Of a DNA stretch of 64,000 bases, positions 58,212 through 64,000 are shown one piece after another. Made by a program: the position numbers and the translations under genes. The notes beneath the pieces were generated by a model. It was not told the DNA's origin. It did no database searches and was given only the letters and a program-made list of their open reading frames with translations. The DNA comes from Camelus dromedarius (taxonomy: Eukaryota). Where the stretch lies: positions 10,540,001-10,604,000 of the forward strand of contig NC_087436.1 of NCBI RefSeq assembly GCF_036321535.1, given 5' to 3'. Positions within the stretch are counted from its first letter, which is position 1, and each line of letters begins with the position of its first letter.

Positions 58212-60977
58212 AAGATTAACTAAAAAGATAAATGATTATACTGTTACGCTACACAAAATATGTCAAATGTACATTTGCAATAAAGCTCGGGGTTAGAGTT
58301 TTTTTTTAATATTAATCTGTTAATTATTTTTATAGCTTAAATCTCCTGGAGTGTAATAATAGCTAAGAAATAGTCTCCACATCTTTTTTTCTGCATATGC
58401 CTTCAAACAAACAAACAAATAAAACCTAAGTGTAAAGTTAATAGATTAGGGTATTTGAGAGAGTCTAAGTTTCTAATAGAACAAATTAAATTGACTCACA
58501 TCTAAATTAGCAAAGTCTTAGTTCTGAAATTAGATCATTTGCCCTCTGTGCACAGATATTACGTGGATAACTTTAAGACAAGCAAAATATACTAAAGAAA
58601 CTTCAAAGGAGGGTGTGCCTCATTCGTTCAACAACCAGGAAATGTCCCTGATTTACCTTCCTTTAGAGAGAACCGGCACTTGGAATTACAGAAATCATTG
58701 TCCTGAATAGATTATACCTGCTTTCCATGCACAGCTTGTGTGCTGTTTACTTTATCCACCTTAAACGTCATTCACAACTTCTCTAGATTATTTATTAAGG
58801 CCATCAAAACAAACACTTCAATGGCCCGTAAGATTTAACAGTATGTTTCAAACATACTCTTAGAGAGAAACTTCAACTTCATCCTATAGGAAACCAAGAT
58901 GTATCTGAACCTAAAATGGTCTTCCCTTTCTGATGCTCAGAACGATGCCTCTTTTTAAAAATAATATGTAATCTGGGAGTTCTCTTTCTCATAATTAACC
59001 TGATTTTCCTCTAAGCATGTCCACTGACTCACACTGTGACATAATAAAGTGTGCTTGTCCCAGAGGGAAACACAGCTGCTCAGAAATGGACATTTTTCTC
59101 AAAAGCCTTGTGAGGGTTTTGGAAGATGTGGCTTAACACCAATATCTAGATCAAGATTCTGGCTATTTTTATTTGAGGTTGAATAACTGCATCCTTATTT
59201 CTAACAAGGATGAAACCAAGTTTGATCTATTTAAAAAGTCACATAAGCCACCCCAGATTTATCTGATTCATTGACAAGTAGACACAAACAGCAAGAGATT
59301 TCTGTTACAGACACAACGCCAAAGAAGGGGGTGTGGGACCTCGAACAGAAACGGTGTTTTCATTCCAAATGCCACTCAGATGCTGATCTTTCTGGATATT
59401 CAACAAAATTGCCACCCAATATGAAGTTTCCTTCAAAACTATCTTAGACTCATCCAAAGAATCTAAATGATAAGTAGGTAATGAATAAATTTTATAAATC
59501 TTGCTTTTAGCATTTTCATACCCATCTTCAGAATTGATCAGCGTCCCCCACTCCTCTCCCCAATTAACTTGAGAGATAGCTCTTCGATGATTTAACAGTC
59601 ATATCACCAAGTCAAGAGAAAGAGACGCAGCGTGGAGAATATTTCCAGTTAATACTAAGCTGATAAATTTCTTCACTTTGCAGAGATGTTTCATCCTCAG
59701 AAACTCCAGAAATGCCCCGTGTGCTTATGGCAGGGCGAGGACCAAAGTAAACGTGCATCTCACAGTACCTGAGTCAGACACGTCTCCTGACATTTCCTGC
59801 CAACTCCAGACACATCACAGTCTCCCTGCTCTTCAGTGACATTTTCAAAATCAGTTCCAACAAAGTGCAAAGAGGCTACACCTGTCTTGTCTCACTTGAA
59901 GGAGCTTCAAGTCCATCACTCTCTTCCTCTCAGGCTCTCCTTGACACTCCACCCCCTTTGGCTTTGTTTGGTCGGTTTGGGTTTTGTTTCACTGCCACCC
60001 CCGTCTCCCTAACACCTATTCTTGAGGGAAAAAAAAAAGAGATGAACATTTGGAACTGGATCTGGGGAAAGCTCATCTTCTACAAAGCTAACAAGTCCTG
60101 TGGACTAGATAGTAGTTATGTCAAGGAAACAAGAGGATGACAGTTTTTGTCTCAAGACCTCTTTTAGAGGAATGCAGCAACATTTCTCATATTTTCACCC
60201 AATTCCCTTGAGTTTGCTCCACCTCCTTAAAAAGCTTTGAAAGAAATCCCCAGCATCTGATCTTTCAAGCACTTTCCCTTAGAACTACAGCTGCTAAATT
60301 TCCCTACAAAATAAAGCCTACACGTAATAAGTCGAGTATTCAATTTCTCCAGCCCATGTAAGTTTCAAATAATGCTTTTGTCATGAAGGAAAAAATGCAA
60401 ATAATGCAGACGTCAAACGAGAGTCATCCACACGCATCACTGAGGATGACCATGGAAGCAGTAGACCTTACGCGGCGGTACAGTGCCGCCCTAATTCCTG
60501 TTATGTGCTCAGTGACACGGCTGTCACAGCTCCGGCTTCTCTGTCACTTTGTTAAGAAAGTTATTGTCAAACATTCTAGCTTAATGGACAGTGTGCAAAA
60601 TGAACAGACTTTGACAGCCCCACAGTCTGAAAATGGACAAGAGCCGCAGCCACAGCCATCCAAGGCAGCCGGGCGAGCCCCAGGGAAGGACCAGCAGAGT
60701 CCAAGTGACTCTGTAGGAGGTTTAGAAAAAAGAGACAGAAGTTTTTCTCTTTCAGGCAGCCAATATCCTCATGGATTTGGTTCCTTCATTCAAACAACAG
60801 AGGTGACAACTCATATATTCCTGTTAGTTACCAATGGTCCTCTTCCAATGCTCCATCACTCACTGAGAGCAGCAGCCCAGCTGCTCGGAAGCCTGGACCA
60901 CTCCTGGGGCGCCGAGCACAGCACTGGCTGCAGTGGGCTTGGCTGTCCTAGTGTATCAAAATCAAACCTCCTCTTAC

Positions 60978-61076
60978 CTCGCCTTCCTTGTTCTTCTCTT
61001 TGTTTCTGCCCATGGAACTTCTCCCATTGCTGGCTGCCTCCCGTGCGGGGATTACGGAGATCTGGTGGAGGGGCAT
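60978..61076 (-). CDS. MARCHF1: Alternative first coding exon (33 aa) of E3 ubiquitin-protein ligase MARCHF1 (MARCH-I)
   Basis: Minus strand reads gccaacATG CCC CTC CAC CAG ... GAA GGC GAG|GTAAGA = MPLHQISVIPAREAASNGRSSMGRNKEKNKEGE, with a good Kozak context, an in-frame upstream TGA (61127-61125) and a phase-0 donor. It matches my recollection of the MARCH1 isoform N-terminus MPLHQISVIPARETASNGRSSMGRNKEKNKEVE and resembles MARCHF8 MSMPLHQISAIP. Identity is from memory, not from a search. Confidence 0.87.
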
Positions 61077-61162
61077 GTTGGCAGGGCTGCAGGTGGCCAG
61101 TCCCTGACGGGGCGCCTTATCTCGTCACTCGCCCCGAGGAGCCCACCTGCACAATTGTTCAT
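61052..61162 (-). other. Out-of-frame upstream ORF (36 aa) overlapping the MARCHF1 start codon
   Basis: gatATGa at 61162-61160 is 86 nt upstream of the main ATG and stays open to TAA at 61054-61052: MNNCAGGLLGASDEIRRPVRDWPPAALPTCPSTRSP*. The ORF is certain; its translation is not. Confidence 0.55.
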
Positions 61163-61186
61163 ATCCTTGCTTTGCCAAGCTGAGTT
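61077..61186 (-). other. MARCHF1: 5'UTR part of the same exon, preceded by a strong 3' splice acceptor
   Basis: Minus strand ctctttttttccctctttttttgtttAG|aactcagc: long polypyrimidine tract with AG at 61188-61187, giving a 209-nt exon (61186-60978). Confidence 0.7.
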
Positions 61187-62522
61187 CTAAACAAAAAAAG
61201 AGGGAAAAAAAGAGTGTTTGAGACACTGTGCGGTTAAAGCCAGGGTCTCTGGCCAACATGTCAAACACACTGAAAGGGAGGCTAAAAAGAAATGCAAGAG
61301 CCAACCATCTGGGGGGGTTGCATCTCTAAGGGATGATTTACTGCAAGTCATAACTGCCCTGCTTTGTCACGGGAAACCCCCCTCCCCTAACAGCATTGTG
61401 GGAGACAATTCAATTTTTGTGGTACCTAATAACTGTCATGGAAACCAAGGAAACCCAGGTCTCACAGGCCCTTATTAGCAACTGCTTCCTTTAATGGTAC
61501 AGACTCCCACATTTGCAGCGGCTGCCACTTCTGCTTTTGTCTCGCCCTAATTCCCCAGGAGGCCACTAAGCACCCAGAGACACTGCATCCTGCTGACTAG
61601 GTAAATAAGCAGAAGGCTGAAAAGCTTAGTGGCCTATTTGGAGCCAAATCTCTTCCTTGAGAAGCGGGCTAGCTGGCTGTGTCCTTAATGCATCCGCAAT
61701 AATCTGCTTAGGTCAAAGGATCTGCCTTGAAGAGCATTGAACGAGGGGTTAGCAACAGGGAGAGAGAGACAGAGAAACTGGGAGCAAGTGCAAATGTCTT
61801 TCTTTGGCTGGTTGTAAAAGAGAGCTGACTGTGGCCTGTGTCTTCCTCAGCAGGACAGCAGCAGCGGGGGGCAAAGGCAGCATCATTCTGAGGCTGGAGC
61901 CCCACATCACCCATTTCTGCTTTTCTGCAACTTCTGTGCTCCCCAAAACACATCTGTTAGAACCAGGAGTATTCCCCTCTGTGCTTTTCCAGGAAGGAAG
62001 CAGACCCTGCTAAAGGCCTTATTGTCCTCTTCATAGTTATAGAATCTGGAGAAAATAAATGGTTAATCCAAATTTCTACCCTTTAATTTAAAAAACAAAA
62101 AAGACCAAAAAAAAAAAAAATTATATCCAGTCTCTCCGCAGAGTGAATTCTCAAAATAGATTAACCTTTAAAGAGTCCGTTTTTCTCCTATGATCATTTC
62201 TTCTTCATTAGGGTATTTGGTATTTTGTTTTTCAAAGGACAGAATGTTCTTTGCTTTTCTTTTGCTAAATTTATTTTATTTTATTTTATTTTTAGAATTT
62301 TCTTTAGTTTAGACCCATGCACTTGATAGTTTCCAGACAGTGTGAATATATCGTATCTCCCACTGTCCTCTATGTTTCTTCACCCCCGCCCCAGAGAAGA
62401 AGAATTCAGAAAATGTGTAGTTTTTACACATCTTCAGGCACTGCTTGTGAGTTCAAAGGCGTCCCTAACCACCCAGGAGAGTTTCAAAGAAAGTTTCTGG
62501 CTACAATTCGTCTCTAACTAGC

Positions 62523-62574
62523 TTTGTATTTCATGCCAATCATGCCATTTCTATATGATGTCCCGATTTGTTTA
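62523..62574. repeat. Dispersed direct repeat, copy 1
   Basis: 48/52 identical to 63778-63829. Confidence 0.9.
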
Positions 62575-62951
62575 AACTCAGGACACAGAGTGAAAAAGGT
62601 AATACTCTCATTGGCAATTAAGCCCCAAATAATCAAATATTACTTTAAAAAAAAACTTTAAATATTTACTGAAATGAATATTTTGATGTACTTGCAAGTT
62701 TAGTCTAACATTCCAGCCTAAATCTGCCACCCCTCTGGGCTCTGGCAGGCGGCTGTCACCTCCACCAGCCCTCAGGCTCCCCCGGGGGATCTCACCCCAC
62801 GTGGATACCTGCACCCTGGATTCAGGCTCAGGAGGGGAAGCGTGGGGCAGACATTTCTGTAAAATATCACAGATAATCCCAACAGAAACCAACTTCGAGA
62901 ACCCCTGTGGGAGAGCAATAAAAATAACCTTAGAACAATAAGCTGATTAAA

Positions 62952-62960
62952 ACTTACCTC
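62952..62960 (-). promoter_or_regulatory. Candidate splice donor of an upstream non-coding exon
   Basis: Minus strand GAG|GTAAGT is a near-perfect consensus donor about 1.77 kb upstream of the acceptor at 61187. Confidence 0.35.
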
Positions 62961-63777
62961 ATGACAGATCTCTTGCTTTAAAATAGCAAAAAAAAAAAAA
63001 AAAAAGAGTTACTTAGTCCTAACCTGGGTATTCGTTCATCACCATTCTGAGTTTACAAAGTGTATCTGTGAAATACAGACACTTTCATGAAGGGACCAAA
63101 AGCCAAACTCTCCCCGAAATGCCATGTCCCAAGTCAAACAGTTAATGCTTAAACATTCCTGTGGCTCAAGGATCACCTCTGTGACCGGTAACTGCGAGGC
63201 AGGCATTTCCCTACTTTAAAAATAGCTGTTGATCCTTCTATCTAAAACAATTGTCTTAATTAAAGGAAGGTTGGGAATCAAGTCTATAAACTTAATAGTG
63301 CGTGACAAATACTAAAATGCAAATTATGAATCTGTTTAGAAAAGTAGTTATCGTCTGTGTTTACATCCATGAAAACGTCCATCAAAAGCTAAGGCAGCTT
63401 TCCAGATGATTTAGACTTAAAGACTTTTGCTTAAAATATTCATTGAAGTTACGGGAAAGGAGATGTTTAGCTTGAATTAACTGAAAGGCTGCCTTAATCC
63501 TTTACCTCATTATGCGTGAGCAGTTATCCTTTGTTTACTCTGAGGTTTTTTTTAAAAAAATCAGATTTGAATTTCAAGTTAATTTGATTTATGTGGTTGA
63601 GTTATTTCAATTAGCTTTCTTTTATCTTAAAATTTAGAACGTAAATTGAATTTCAGGAAAAAAATTTCATCAAGCATTTTACTCACTAAAGAGTTTAGTT
63701 GTTATTTACATAATAAACAAGGTTTATTATGTCTTTTCAACTAAATGCTTCATAATAACAAGAGATATGAATAGCCA

Positions 63778-63829
63778 TTTGTATTTCACACCAATCATGC
63801 CATTTCTATATGATGCTCCGATTTGTTTA
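63778..63829. repeat. Dispersed direct repeat, copy 2
   Basis: 48/52 identical to 62523-62574. Confidence 0.9.
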
Positions 63830-64000
63830 GTAAACACTCACCTAGGACTATGTTAGGCCTTGTCGCAGAGTGAGCTTTCAAAATATGCAAATTGTGTCAG
63901 GAAAAAAACGCTTTGAACACCCTGTGAGTTCTACTTCTGTACAACCTGGGGACACCGGCACCTTCACCAGCTGAGGTCAAGGGCACGTGTATCTAACCTT

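Noticed and set aside
61432..63800. MHC class II-type S-X-Y module (RFX plus CCAAT)
   Set aside because: The X-like and CCAAT motifs are hundreds of bp apart, whereas the module needs them within a few tens of bp.
62523..63829. snoRNA pair or CRISPR-like array
   Set aside because: There are only two copies with no regular spacers, no convincing C/D or H/ACA box arrangement, and the DNA is mammalian.

Overview
Mammalian genomic DNA, most likely camelid: it carries a tRNA-Ala-derived vic-1-type SINE and cetartiodactyl-type L1 3' ends, and I saw no Alu or Bov-A SINEs. The only host coding sequence I can support is a minus-strand exon (61186-60978) that the ORF track misses. It encodes MPLHQISVIPAREAASNGRSSMGRNKEKNKEGE and ends at a phase-0 GT donor. 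From memory this is an alternative N-terminal exon of the RING-CH E3 ubiquitin ligase MARCHF1 (MARCH1; paralog MARCHF8 starts MSMPLHQIS). I did not find the expected next exon (NEKSPGRSASRSSNISK), so 1-60977 is probably one large intron. That intron is filled with L1 fragments (including a 2.9 kb decayed ORF2/3'UTR copy and two inverted copies), MaLR/ERVL LTRs, a decayed ERVL internal region, an ERV1-type solo LTR, MIR/L2 fragments and DNA-transposon fossils. The other listed ORFs are L1-derived or look like chance ORFs. I see no new multi-gene system. The best leads are regulatory: an out-of-frame uORF overlapping the MARCHF1 start codon, a candidate upstream exon/promoter bracketed by a 52-bp direct repeat, and a CTCF motif inside the ERVL fossil. 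Repeat family names and boundaries are by eye and approximate.
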